Source: Octopus vulgaris (lineage: Eukaryota). Taken from it: DNA of 64,000 bases. The position numbers and the translations under genes were made by a program. Position 1 is the stretch's first letter. Every line of letters starts with the position of its first letter. The stretch is from assembly GCA_951406725.2 (NCBI GenBank), contig OX597814.1, positions 183,644,001 to 183,708,000 on the forward strand, read 5' to 3'. Under the pieces are notes generated by a model that saw only the letters and a program-made list of their open reading frames with translations, was not told the origin of the DNA and did not search any database. Positions 11,564 through 24,988 of this stretch are shown piece by piece.

Positions 11564-11875
11564 AGACCGTTCTTATGATACAAGGATGTTGGCAAAAGGG
11601 ACATGAAGGCCTGCGACATCGATATTAGCAACTGGGAAGCAGTTGCCAGCAATCGTGGAGATTGGTGACGTACCGTAAAAGTGGGAACACAAAGGAGTGA
11701 CAGAGGGAGAGAGGGGAAATGGAAAGACAAGAAAAGACGTCAAGAAGAAACTATGACGTTACAACCAGCCAGGCAAAGTCTTCGCTACATTTGTATTATG
11801 ACATGAAATGTAAAAGCCGGACTAGATTATTTTATGCGCAACTCCATTGTCTCCCGAGACAAACAGGATGCCAAC
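11564..11875 (+). mobile_element. RTE-clade LINE 3' fragment
   Basis: Reads RPFL*YKDVGKRDMKACDIDISNWEAVASNRGDW*RTVKVG, matching the RTE C-terminal R.KD..K..MK...WE..A..R..WR pattern. Confidence 0.8.
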
Positions 11876-11889
11876 AATATATATATATA

Positions 11890-12178
11890 TCACGTGATCA
11901 CGTGACCGACCAGTCCATCAGATGTAGTTACACATCGCTGGTCACAATGCGTTCGCATTGTTTTAGCCTTCGAATGACGCCATCCCACTGGCTAAGCGAG
12001 CAGGCCAACAGAAGAAAGAGTGGTGAAAGAGTACAGCAGGGATCACCACTCCCTGCCGGAGCCTCGTGGAGGTTTTAGGTGTTTTCGCTCAATAAACACT
12101 CACAACGCCTGGTCTGGGAATCGAACCGCGATCCTACGACTGCGAGTCCGCTGCCCTAACCACTAGGCCATTGCGCCT

Positions 12179-12182
<4 letters not shown>
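11890..12182 (-). mobile_element. tRNA-derived SINE (family 3), full length
   Basis: The head GGCGCAATGGCCTAGTGGTTAGGGCAGCGGACTCG...GGTTCGATTCCC has A and B boxes and is homologous to the head at 55401. Confidence 0.85.
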
Positions 12183-12238
<56 letters not shown>

Positions 12239-12424
12239 CAACAATAATTATAATGATAGAAAATTATTCGGTTTTTTTTTCCATTTCATACAGCAAGTTT
12301 TTATGGTTACGACGACCTACCCGTGTTTCCAAGGCATGGAATATGGGCAGTTGCATGTGCAGCCATGCATAATTTTTTCTGGGTTATTTAACGAGCTTAT
12401 ATTAACATATATATTTTTATTTTC

Positions 12425-12520
12425 TATGTTTTACTTGTTTCAGCCATTCTGACTGCGGTCATGCTGGGGCACTACCTTGGAGGATTATTTTAAACTTTGT
12501 ACTTACTCTACCGGCCTCTT
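12425..12520 (-). mobile_element. SINE family 1 tail remnant
   Basis: TTACTTGTTTCAGCCATT...GCGGTCATGCTGGGGCAC matches the family 1 3' tail. Confidence 0.65.
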
Positions 12521-12699
12521 CCACACGCTTCTCACCACACAGATGCGCGTGCGCCTATATATATATTTTTGTGAGTGCGTGTGTGTGTGTATACTTACTT
12601 TCATGCATACATGACTCTACCGTAGACGCTATCTAAATTTCTCAGAAAGATCCTTACTTCTGGACTGCATTGTTGAATAATTCGCAAAGTAAATAGTAT

Positions 12700-12748
12700 A
12701 AATGCATGTCTATATATAAATGCATAAATGCTTGCATACATACATACA

Positions 12749-12782
<34 letters not shown>

Positions 12783-12823
12783 CTTACATACATACGTTCA
12801 TACACACATACATGTATACATAC

Positions 12824-12875
<52 letters not shown>

Positions 12876-13114
12876 ATGTATATATAGACATGTTTATAAA
12901 CTTGTATGTGTGTAATACATGTATGCTTGTGTATATATATATATATTCACATATATATATATATATTCCATTCAGAAATCATATACCAACGTTGCGTGTT
13001 TATATATATATATGTGTGTTTATATATATATATATATGTGTTTATATATATATATATGTGTGTTTATATATATATATATATAAACATAGATACATACATA
13101 CATACATATGTACA

Positions 13115-13147
<33 letters not shown>

Positions 13148-13215
13148 GCATATATATGTGTGCACATGTACATGTATATATATATACATACACATATATG
13201 TATGTACGTATATCA
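12700..13215. repeat. Compound (TA)n/(TACA)n microsatellite
   Basis: Directly visible. Confidence 0.95.
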
Positions 13216-13938
13216 TTAGAGACATGTCCGTTCGCCTGCGTGAATATACGCGTATAGCTAAGCGTCACGTCTTTTTGTCAGTTGAAATGAGGTAAGATAG
13301 GGAAAAAGACAAAAGAAAAAAAGTTGAAAGCGAGAAACAAAAAACAAAAAACAAAAAAATAGAAAGAGAAGTTTAATCTTCCTTCACACCTGGGTAGATC
13401 TGAATATACCCTGCTGTGATGTTTAGTAAGGCGTTAGGGCATTAATGAAAAGTTAGCACCTCTTAAGATAACTTCTCACCAGATAATAGGTTTTCTTCTT
13501 GTATGCATGAAGTTTCACAGCAACTTGCCGAAAAAACAGTCGTAGTTATTATATGCAATAAATATATTGCTTTTAGTTCTATACTTTGTTCCTTTATTCT
13601 TGTGAGTTTGTTGGTTCTACTTTTATCTTATTCTTGTATTGATCATTGGAAATTCCCACCCCCTATTTTATGGGCGCCTTTTAACGGTGCTGACACACAC
13701 AGATACGCATACAAACACACGGAAACACACACATAGACATATACTTGTGCGTATTTGTATGTCAGTGTATGACTGATTCTGAACACATATAGATATGTTT
13801 CACGCATATATTCACATATATATGTATATATATATGTGTGTGTATATATGTATGTGTGTATGTGTGTATGTGTGTTTGCGCGCTCGTGCGCGTATATATA
13901 TATTGGTACACATATAGATCTATACATTTATATGTGTT

Positions 13939-13983
<45 letters not shown>

Positions 13984-15339
13984 ATATACATACATAAATA
14001 TATATGCGAGCTAAGTGTGTCGCTATATTATTTTTTCGAGTGAATGCACATCTTTTATCGGAGATTAAGAAATAAAATATTTATGCTTATCCCATTCATA
14101 AAGCATAGAGCTTGGTGTTGTATGATTATACGTATGTGTGTATGCCTGTTTTGTTTTTGGGTATGAGTGTGTGTTTGTGCTAGTAGGTATGGCTATATAT
14201 ATTTATCCATATCTACTAGCATCTATACACGTGCTTCAGCATATATACATATTCTTATACGTATATATATATATTTGTCTGCAATCACCCGTAAGACATT
14301 ACTCAAACGTTCACATAACTACAACTATAGCGACACTTGTATTAGAATATCATACATACGTATATGGAAATACATGTGTGCGCATGTCTTCTTTTCTACA
14401 TACGCTTGTGCATTCTTATTGGAAAAGAACCCACCATCCTCGCTGCAACTATCAATCTATTTTTAATTAAAGCAATGAAAAAGGAAAAAAACTTTTGTAA
14501 GGTATTGTGAAATTTGTTTTCGGCTTGTGTCATGAAAACACATTTTAGTCGGCATGTGTAAACGCCACTGGAAGTATGTGTTTTTTACTTTCGTGTCGCC
14601 ATTGTGAACAGGATCTAATATTATTTGCTAGCTACTTATCTACTGGGTTCTGTACTTCAACAAAATTGTTCTACTGGATAGTGAAAAACAATAAACGCGC
14701 ATTTGTGTTATTGACTGTAATGAAAATATAACGCAACACTTGGTATTATGTGACTTTAACTGGAAGAAAATATCTGGATTAAAACTAAAGATGTAATAAC
14801 CAGACAAGTTGGTATTAAAGGCTGAATCAATAAATTATTAGCCTTCACTGAGAATGTGGCAAATATATATTGGCTTAGATAGGCCTGTAAAACGAATTGA
14901 AAATTTTTGAGCACTGGAGTGGATTCTTACGGTGACTCGTTTAGTAGGAAAAAAAATGTCATACAGATGTAGTCTCACCGGCATTACAATCACTCTCTTC
15001 AGCTCATTCTATCCCTCTTTCTCTTTGATTTTTTTTCTCTTTCAGTATATCAGCTTCTGCATTTTTTATTCCCTCGTTGGCTGTTTCTTGCATTTTTCAT
15101 GTGAGATACTCCATCTTTCTATTTTTCATAATATGGTTAAATTCGTTAACACTTTCATATTTTTCAGCTTCTTGCGTTCTCCTAATACCTTTTCTGCTAT
15201 GAGAACCGAATTTGGAAACAGCGTCGAAAATTTGTCAGTTCGTATAATCTTCCTTGCACAACTGCCTTATTTTTAGTACCTAATTCCAAGAAAGAGCAGC
15301 CCATGACAGAAGTATGGCAGACTAAATGACTTGTGATAT

Positions 15340-15553
15340 TGATTTCAAATTTTGGCACAAGGCCAGCAATATCGAGATAGGACGTAAATCGATTACATCG
15401 ATCCCAATGTTCAACTGGCGCTTATTTTATTGACTCCGAAAGGATAAAAGGCAAAGTCGACCTCGGCGGAATTTGAACTCAGAACGTGAAGACGGACGAA
15501 ATGCCGCTAAGTATTTTCCCCGGCGTGCTCACAATTCTGCCTGCCCGCTGCTT
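15340..15553 (-). mobile_element. tRNA-derived Nin/Deu-domain SINE (family 2)
   Basis: Contains GAAAGGATAAAAGGCAAAGTCGACCTCGGCGGAATTTGAACTC, the reverse complement of B-box plus Nin-like domain. Flanked by AAATGAC(T/C)TGT direct repeats. Confidence 0.85.
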
Positions 15554-16184
15554 TAAAATGACCTGTATCATTAATTATATTTCTTTCGATTTGGACTTGA
15601 AATACCATCGAAATCTCTATGCTTTTCATTGATGTGGAGGCAAATATATAGGTACCTGTAAAATAATATGGTAGATAAACCGACTTACCCCAACAAATTG
15701 CTTCTATATTAGAAAACCTTATGATGCGATTCTGTCAATGATGACCCCGTTATTAGAGGTTATGGCGGTCATTGATCCTTGAGTTTCTTGGTGAGTTTTG
15801 TTCAAAATATGAAATTTAACTTCTTCCTTGAGTTCATCAAATGGAGATGCTAAAAGAAGTCATCCTTAAAAATTTCCCCATTTCAAAACGTATAATTAAT
15901 TTCAGTGTCCTTCAAACGTGCTATGTTTACTCAATATGCGACTTCTTTGAGTCGTGTGTTTCCTTGGTGGACAGGTAGGGGTATTTTCGCAGTTTAAACA
16001 TAGTTGGTAGTGGTAGGGACTATGTGTATTTGTAGCGTTTGCGGTTGTTGTATTTGACGTGAAAAGCAGGGATTCTGTGCGTGTTTGGGAAATTATATTT
16101 TATAGTTAACATATTTTCTGTACACGTGGTGACTTCTATGATTCCTCGCTGATTAAACCACATTACTTTCCCTCTTGTAGTACT

Positions 16185-16835
16185 ACTGAACTCAAAGAAC
16201 TCTACACAGCCCAAATGTGACGGTCTGGTGTGCTGTTTGAAAAGCTGCCGTCATTGGTCCTTACTTTTTTAAAGACAATAATGGAAATGCTGGTAGTGTG
16301 AACTCCGAGCGTTGCGTCAAGATGATAAACAACTTCTTTATGCCTGGATTACGACGAAAACGTATGTCTATTCGACGTGTATGGTTTCAGCAGGATGGGG
16401 CGACGGCCTACACAGCCAGGGCATCAGTGGACGCCCTCTCTTCGGTGACCACCCCATTTCCAGGTTTACTGATATTCGTTGGCTTCCTCAGTCCCCTGAT
16501 TTGTCCATGTGTGATTATTGCTTGTGGGGAAACCTCAGGGTTCGTTTGTATGCGCTTAAGCCCCGTACATTGAACGATTTAAAGGAAGCTATTCGCGTGA
16601 AAGTCGAGGAAATCGACAGAGCGATGCCGGAGAGAGTGGAGACCAACTTCCAACAACGCCTTCAGAAATGCATCAATGAAAACGGACACCAGATGATGGA
16701 TGTTGTTCTCCACACTTAACTTTGACAAATGCTAATTCAATACAAACACATTGATGTCAATAAAATTTTGTTTGCAGCTAAAATTAATGATTTTGTGAAA
16801 TTTTCAACAACATCCGTCCTCTCTGCCCCACCCTG
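16185..16835 (+). mobile_element. Tc1/mariner-superfamily transposon 3' half, rosa/DD41D-like
   Basis: Reads HSPNVTVWCAV..VIGPYFF, WFQQDGATAYT, WLPQSPDLSMCDYCLWGNL...RLQKCINENGH, frameshifted. Ends CACCCTG followed by TA at 16836-16837. Confidence 0.85.
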
Positions 16836-16881
16836 TAAGTATGTATATAAATTTATATATGTGTGTGAGTATTTTTGTGTG

Positions 16882-16885
<4 letters not shown>

Positions 16886-16970
<85 letters not shown>
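16886..16970. repeat. (TG)n microsatellite
   Basis: Pure run. Confidence 0.98.
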
Positions 16971-16971
<1 letters not shown>

Positions 16972-18516
16972 TGCATTCATACTCACACAGTCAAACATAC
17001 CTACTTACACAGAAACATCACAAGTCTATGTTTAGTTCGACTTCCGCCGATTATTCAGTTTCAAATCTCTTTTAAAGGCCTTTTCTTCACCTCATATCAC
17101 TACTAAAATAGAATACATGAATATTCATACCTACATACAGACAGGCATCATACGTGCATGACTACATACCTAAACATGTTTGCGTGTCTATTTGCCACAG
17201 TGTTAGCATGTGCTGTTAATATGCGTCTGTAAAGAATACATACGTTGCTCTATGTACGCAAACACCCGTTGTCAGCTTGTCAAATATCAAAACGTTTAAG
17301 GTTACTATATTGAAGTCAAAGAATGGTAAATATACAGACATGAAAGCCTCGCTTCTCCATAACATGCTAAACCATCGTAGCGAGCTGGTATGGTTGGATG
17401 AAATTAGTGTGGTTGATATTTCGCCCGAATTGTTGGAAGTTAATAATACAGACAACTTTGTGAACAGGATAGGCGTTCCCGAGAGACAAAATTTGGGAGG
17501 CGGAATAATTTTGCAAACATTTTAGAGAGAATTTGCGTGTTAAAAAATATAAAAATAAGCGTTGGCAGGATATGAGACAGCAGGTGACTGGCAATGAGGC
17601 CTGCATGAACTTAAAGCGTATGAATTGCAAGGGATGTTTTAATTTGGTTGTTAGCATTTTGAGAAAAACCAATGCCTAGAGACAATTCAGTTCATCCTCG
17701 TTTGAGATATCCGTTAAAACTGGGCGAAGTTAGTGTATTTATTAAAATTATTGCAGGTTAATGTATGGAAAAAACATATTTGTTAGAGAATCTTTCCGGA
17801 GGCGTTACAGAACTAAAAAAAAACAAGAGAAGGGATGGGTGAAAATTATTTACTTAAGTTACTTGAGAGAACGATAGGAAAAGATCGGAAGATCTTTTAG
17901 TGTGTAATTCGGCATAATAAACGATTTCCTCCTATCAAAGCTATGAGGCTGCTATATATAGGGAGCCTCTGTAGAACCAGCAACCAAAAATACTTTTGTG
18001 GAAAAAAAACACATTGACCACATAATAATAGATAAACTATTGCTAAAATATAGCCGGGCGTTTATAACTGAAATGCTACAAATGAAAGATTTGCTGATGG
18101 ATGAGGATAACCTACGCCAAATAACAAGAAAACCACTAGCAACAAATGTACACAGCCTTATCCAGGTTCCTCATAAAAATTAAATGGCATAATATTTTAA
18201 TAATAAACTAAGTTTATTTTTTTCCCTAGTCATGGCTGTTAGGGGTTGGAAATCTAAAAGTGATTAAGTAAACGATTACTTTCCCAAGTGTGCTGCATAT
18301 ATTTAGACAATTTAGAATAAATAAAATGAATATATATATATATATATATATACTGTCAACCCTTAGGGCTGGCAGAATATATCAAACAGGATACATAAAA
18401 CGAACGCAGAAACAATTTTATTTGCAGTAATTTATGAACGTGAAGTAATAATGTACAGTTTACAAATTAGCACAGACTTAGTGTGCTTAAATCAGCTGTA
18501 CCAAGAGGGAATATAC

Positions 18517-18599
<83 letters not shown>

Positions 18600-18619
18600 C
18601 ATATATGTATACACTCACG

Positions 18620-18658
<39 letters not shown>

Positions 18659-20089
18659 GTATGTATGTATGTATTATTTGCGTTTTATTCCATTAGCAAT
18701 TAGGTTTACTATTAATGTTATTGGTTACTATGATAGACATAAAACTATACTTTTGACTCATTTAATTCGTTTTACCCCTTGAGAACAAAAGCCAAAATTC
18801 ACATTTGTGAACTCATAAAATAAATGACGTTACTAGATTATGCAAATGTTTCATCTGACGATTCTGAAGATCAACCACCATAATACATTTATAGCTAGCT
18901 ATGATTAACACGAATACACTCACATACACAGATACATACACAGAAGCAAACACGCAACACACTTCCTTCGGCAGCGCTGCTACTGAAGTATCCTCATAAA
19001 GTCTAAAGGTAACCAATTGTGGCATACCAAATATGAAACTCATAATAATGCTGAAGCCAGTAAAATTTATGGTTGACTTATGCACACAAAGGGATAAAAA
19101 GTCATGGCCATGTAGCCTAATTTTGAAACATTGAGATAGTGATATACGAGTTCAAAGTTTATTCCACAACCCAAGCGAAAAAGACTTCAGCTAGATACAC
19201 AAACATACTACTTTCTTCGGAAATACTGTGAAGAGTACAGCAACATGACTGAATACATAGTGCAAAATTATCCGTTCACGATCATGAGCAAGCTACATCC
19301 TAGTTTCACGTGAAAAACCTAAATATCGACCACTCAGCTTGAAGCCATACCGTGAACATAATCTCGAATGCTCTTGAGATTCGTGCACTTTCCTCGTGAG
19401 ATAAGCAGTGTCCGTGAATTGCTAAGAGCAGCGGTTCAAGACTGCCACAGAGAACACACATCTCACTTCACACCATAAACCTATTAGGAAATGTTTCTGG
19501 TGGCATTTTAAGCAGGACATATGTTGACTCCAACCAAGCAAATCAAAGAAAAATCTTCCAGAATTTCGGCATTCTCTCATCTTTCGAATGGCCGAGTAAA
19601 TACACTTAAGTCGCTCTCTAAAATATTACCTATTGAGGATTTGAGAATTTAGCTTTCCCTTAATAAAATATGTTTTTAAATGTTCGCAACTTTGCTTTGT
19701 TAATACTATAGGCAGCCAACCTGATCTCACACCACATTTAATACTGCAGCGACATCAATTCCGACGATGATACAAAACACACTCTACAGAGAAGAGGAAA
19801 AACATTAAACTGAATCAAAGACACAATAAGTACTTAAATTACGCTCGTAATATTTTAGCAAAACATCCCTGTTTCACAAGTAGAAACAAAAATTCTACCT
19901 ACCTACGTTATCACTTGACTTAATTATATGAAGGAGATTGAATTAGATCTATCTGGATGGCTTACGCTATTTGCTGTCGGGTGGATCAAGCAAACTTTAC
20001 GGAAACAGTTCAAATTGTACATCCATCTCAAACACTCTATACACAAGCATATGCGCACACACATACATATATATATATACATATATATA

Positions 20090-20237
20090 CGACGGGCTTC
20101 TTTCAGTTTCCGTCTACCAAATCCGGTCGGCCTGAGGCTATAGTAGAAGACACTTGTCCAAGGGGCCACGCATGGGACTGAACTTGGGACCATGTGGTCG
20201 GTAAGCAAGCTACCTACCACACAACCACTCCTACGCC
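20090..20237 (-). mobile_element. SINE family 1, 5' half
   Basis: Matches the head/CORE half of the intact copies, with a small internal deletion. Confidence 0.85.
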
Positions 20238-22147
20238 TATATATTTAAGTTTATTTTTATGTATCAATGCAATTGAAGACAGAGAAAAAGCAGATGGTGA
20301 TATAAAGACATTTCAAGAGTTATTACTTTTCCATCAGCACGATATCCAATCCCTCAACTTTCACTGAACACATTGTTTCAATACTGGCTTTTTCAATGGT
20401 GTAACACTATGTAACACTATAGGATAGACTAATTTACATATTAAGTACATTCCTGGAAGCTGATTTCTGTCTGAGTCTACACACACACACACACACACAC
20501 ACACTCACGCATACATGTCTGCTTATGCAAATTAAAATTATAAGTACATAACCAAATTTCCCGCCAAGATGCTATCTTTAAAATAGCATGTTAGCGCCAG
20601 CACATACATTCATACATATATACAAAAGCACACACGTGTGCATACATGTGTGCACATATGCATATGTACGTATATGTGCGTGCGTATGTGTGTGTGTGTT
20701 TGTATGTATATAAGTGTTTGTAAGTATGCATAAACAAAAGTTTGGGGGCAAAACATATAAATGAAGTGAGGGAGAGGAAGAGAAAGTGAGAAATTTGCTA
20801 CAAATACATATGTATATGGACTGTAAAGATGTAACTATATTCACCTCCCACTCTTCTAAAAGCAAATTGCTTCCACGAACCCAAGCGCATCTTCAGCAAT
20901 TTTATGTTCAATCAAAATGTGGCCCCAGTTCAAATACATAATATTTGTCTTGACAAAATAGTGGTTTGATTTTTACAAACATCATCAACGCACCGGATGA
21001 CTTACGCAGACCGTACTATAAGTGTTCGACTACACCTGTTTGCCTGGATTTTCCTTTTTTTTAAGCAATGAATACGGCTAGAAAAATATTGCAATGAAAA
21101 CAACACTAAATAATAATGGTGAACTCTGTGAGCTTGCTACAATCTTAAGTCAACATATGTTATTTTCCTCTCAACTGATTACAAGAGAAAAATGTCCCCC
21201 GCTGTATCGAGTGAATTATAGAAATTTTTTTCGATGTGATGTTATAACCATAAATTTGATGTGAATTCTATTAGGCGTAGATTTTTCCTTGCAATACTTT
21301 CAGTACAGTCTTATTGAGCACTGGTGTGTTTCGGGAAGAGAGAAAACTTGGGTTTATTATGAGAGAGATATAAATATATGGCTGACCCATTTTGTATATT
21401 TTTCTTAACCTGCAGCGCTAAAATTACAATTAAGTGGCTATACAAAAACTTAAAAGAGTTAAAAGCTAACTGTACTAACATGCAAGCTTCCAAATGAAAC
21501 AAAATTAACAGATGTTCATTAAATTTCACCGGTCTAGTGACATTTTTGAAAAGCAAAACAAACTAGCTCATAAAATGCAGATGAACCATTGTAAAATGGT
21601 TAGATATTATTTCTTTTCGCTATGAAATTGATGTGGAAATATAATTTTCCTGCAATGATTTTTATCTTAATTATGTAACACAGATTTAAAAGAGAATGAT
21701 TTTAATTAATTAAACATTTTAAAATCGTATATGATCTTTCCTGATAGCAGCTACGAACTGCTGATATTTTAAAGTAGCATTGAAAACAAAAAAAAGATAT
21801 ATAGCAACAAAGAACAACGTGGCATAATGTTAGTTTTGATCAAAAGAATTTTTGAAAATTATATTAAATCATTAATTTAAGTACTTTTGATGGGAATCTA
21901 GGGAAAATGGCATTATCATGGCTGTATGCATGTATGTAAGTCTATATCTGCGTGTGTGTGAGTGTGTATGTATACATGTATATATATATATGATTTTTGA
22001 TTTTTGATTTTTCCAGTTTCAGCTCATGAGCTGTGGCCATGCTGGGGCACCAATATATATATATATTTATATATATACATAAATATATATATATATATAC
22101 ATAAATATATATATATACACATAAATATATATATATACACATAAATA

Positions 22148-22180
<33 letters not shown>

Positions 22181-23500
22181 CAGATGAGGAGTTTGTGCAG
22201 GCCCTTGATGCCAAGCGCGTGAAACTAAACCTACCATCGGCTAATGCCAAAGATCAATGGGAGGAGCAAAACAACTTGCCGCAAAACTTGATGCCTTGAT
22301 AAGGAAAATTACTCTGGAACGCAAACTAGCCACATACGGAGACGTTGTGTATGCAACCTGCAGGGACATCCTTGGAGTAAAAAAGCCAACGGAGAAGAAG
22401 CCACCTCAGAAATCCAGGCGGCAGCGCATGATGGGGCACACTAAGATTCAGAAGAATAACCTACGGAAACAACTAAAGATTGCCTCTGATACTGAGCGGC
22501 AAGGCTTGCATGAACTCTGGCAAGACTTGGATACCAAAGATAGTGCCCATAGCAAAGCGGAAACTGAGTAAAAAAAAGAGAGTAAGCGGAAAAAAAGACG
22601 CATGACCGCTTCTTCAAAGGCCCCTTCCAATTCGTTAGGGCGCTGTTTGAGCAGCCAAAGTCTGGAACACTGACTGTTGATAAAGACGTGCTTGAACACT
22701 ACCTCGAAGAAGCATGCGCACAAACCCAGAAAGATACCCCGCTTAACATCCCTGGCCTAGTAGAACCTGGCAGACTGACAACAGCATTCAACGACAAGCC
22801 ACCCACGTTGAAGGAGATGAGGAAGGTGGTCGAGAAAGCCAGAGCCAAGTCCGCGCCGGGTTCTAACGGAATATCGTACCTTCTGTACAAGAAATGCCCC
22901 CAAAATCCTGGCATGGCTCCACAGAATGTTATGGTCAGCCTGGAAGAACAAGAAGGACAGTGCCCAATGGATGATGGCTGACGGTGTCTACATCTCCAAA
23001 GAACAGAACTTATCATACACCATCAACCAGTTCAGATCCATCTTACTCCTGAACGTCGAAGGGAAGATATTGTTCTCTGTCATGGCTGCCAGACTGACCA
23101 GCTACCTGCTGGAAAGCAGCTATCTGGATGTGTCTGTCCAGAAGGGAGGCATACCAGGAATACCCGACTACCTAGAACACGTCACGATGATTTGGGATGC
23201 AATCCAGAAGGCCAAGGCAGGAAAGAAAGACCTTCACGTCATATGGCTTGACCTTACCAACGTGTATGGATCTGTGCCACAAGAGATGAATCAGATGTCT
23301 CTCCAAGCGTACAACGTGATGCCCTACATCCCAGAAATGTTGAAAAGCTACTTTGTCGATGCGGCTCTCTAAAAAGGAGTACACAACCAGCTGGATGTGC
23401 CATCTCCCCCACCCTTTTCGTGTTGGCAATGGAAGTCCTATTGAGGGCAGCTTCTGGTGGTGCAAAACCGGCTGACCTCGGCAATGGCCACCAGACACAT
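22181..23500 (+). pseudogene. HERO-clade non-LTR retrotransposon reverse-transcriptase fragment
   Basis: Reads KSAPGSNGISYLLYKKCP, QFRSILLLNVEGKILFS, YLDVSVQKGGIPG..LEH, IWLDLTNVYGSVP and GCAISPTLFVLAMEVL, with stops, frameshifts and an internal deletion. Confidence 0.85.
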
Positions 23501-23560
23501 CGGACCGACCAAAGCCTTGTGAGCGGATTTGCTTGATGGAAATTGAAAGAAGCTGTCCAA
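23500..23560 (+). mobile_element. SINE family 1 internal fragment
   Basis: CGGACCGACCAAAGCCTTGTGAGCGGATTTG...GAAAGAAGC matches family 1. Confidence 0.75.
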
Positions 23561-23579
23561 TTAATACATACGTGTATAG

Positions 23580-23667
<88 letters not shown>

Positions 23668-23786
23668 ATTTATTTATTCGCATTTTCTTAACCAGAATGC
23701 TTCGTGCACGTGGAGGATACCAAATAGATGTAAGTAAATAAATATATATGTGTGTGTGTGTGTAGATATATATATATACATATATA

Positions 23787-23937
23787 AAATTATAATTTAG
23801 GGTATCAAAGAGATACCGCCACGCCGGAAATAGCAGCCAAATGCTGACTGTATGAACATTTAATGTGGTTTTTGAGTCAGATTTTGGCTGCTATTTCCAG
23901 CGTGGCGGTATCTCTTAGATACCCTAAATTATAATTT
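23787..23937. repeat. 63-bp inverted repeat with 25-bp spacer (two PLE-like 3' ends pointing outward)
   Basis: Arms 23787-23849 and 23875-23937 have 4 mismatches by eye. The repeat sits in (TA)n and shares a motif with the 9.3-kb insert. Confidence 0.9.
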
Positions 23938-24754
23938 ATATATATGTGTGTGTGTGTGTGTGTGTTTATGTATTTATTTATGTATGTATGCATGTATGTA
24001 TTTATGTATGTATGCATGTATGTATTTATGTATGTATGCATGTATGTATTTATGTATATAAGTATGTATGTATGTATATATATATTGACTACTCGTTACA
24101 GGTATTTTTGCTAGACATCGAGTGGAGACTTGTCTCATAATTTAGAATCAGTACAACACCGCTATTGACGGGCACGTGGTATCACTGACACTTCTTCTGT
24201 TACCTTTTAACTCTGAAAGCACAGAAAATCTGAAAGCACAGAAACAAATGCATGCGCAAACAAAACATTATAGTCCGGGGTATTAAGAAGAACCATTAAC
24301 GCTGTCACTGCGGTTGTGTTTTATATGTTATCAGCTTTTCCCATCTGACAGCTTTATTATCTCTGGTGGTGAAAAGAACTGGCCTTTGCGGTGAGCACTT
24401 TTGTGCGCGTAGGTGTTTTCCTGTGTTCAGTGTACAAAACAATCTCATAAACACTGTTACTTAGATATAAAAATGTTTTAGAATCAGGTAACCAGGACAA
24501 TACAGGAATAAAAATACAAAGCAGTATAAAGACGAAACACTAAATATATGCGTGTGTGAGTATGTAGGCGTAGGAGTGGCTGTGTGGTAAGTAGCTTGCT
24601 TACGAAACACATGGTTCCAGGTTCAGTCCCACTGCGTGGCACCTTGGGTGAGTGTCTTCTACTACAGCCTCGGGCTGACCAAAGCCTTGTGAGTGGATTT
24701 GATAGACGGAAACTGAAAGAAGCCCGTCGAGTATATGTATGTATATATATATAT

Positions 24755-24923
24755 GTAGGTCCCGGGTTGATTCGGGGTTAACCACAGTAAATAAGGTACT
24801 CAATACATAGCAGAGTAAAATTAATTTATTATATAGAAGGAGCTTCTACAGGACTAGAACTGTTTCATTCAGCTTCCTGAAGATTTCTCTTGAATGAAAC
24901 AGTTCTAGTCCTGTAGAAGCTCC

Positions 24924-24926
<3 letters not shown>
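24755..24926. mobile_element. PLE-like pseudo-LTR fragment with a perfect 36-bp inverted repeat
   Basis: Arms 24836-24871 and 24891-24926. Contains a hammerhead and is flanked by TA runs. Confidence 0.8.
24871..24921 (+). ncRNA. Minimal type I hammerhead ribozyme motif
   Basis: Stem I AGCTTC/GAAGCT; core CTGAAGA (24877-24883); stem II TTC/GAA closed by U.U; GAAA (24896-24899); stem III CAG/CTG; cleavage triplet GUA ending at 24915. Confidence 0.75.

Positions 24927-24988
<62 letters not shown>

Noticed and set aside
12105-12182. tRNA gene
   Set aside because: The tRNA-like head continues into a repeated SINE body with no proper acceptor stem or terminator. The same applies to the other SINE heads.
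17277-17672. Overlapping 82-aa and 101-aa ORFs in non-repetitive sequence
   Set aside because: No recognisable domain or exon boundaries.
18960-18990. CTTCGGCAGC resembling the U6 snRNA 5' end
   Set aside because: Only about 10 nt match, with no ACAGAGA box or rest of U6.
19486-19535. Possible decayed CCHC knuckle (RKCFWWH...GHM)
   Set aside because: It needs a substitution and a frameshift, and lacks the last Cys.
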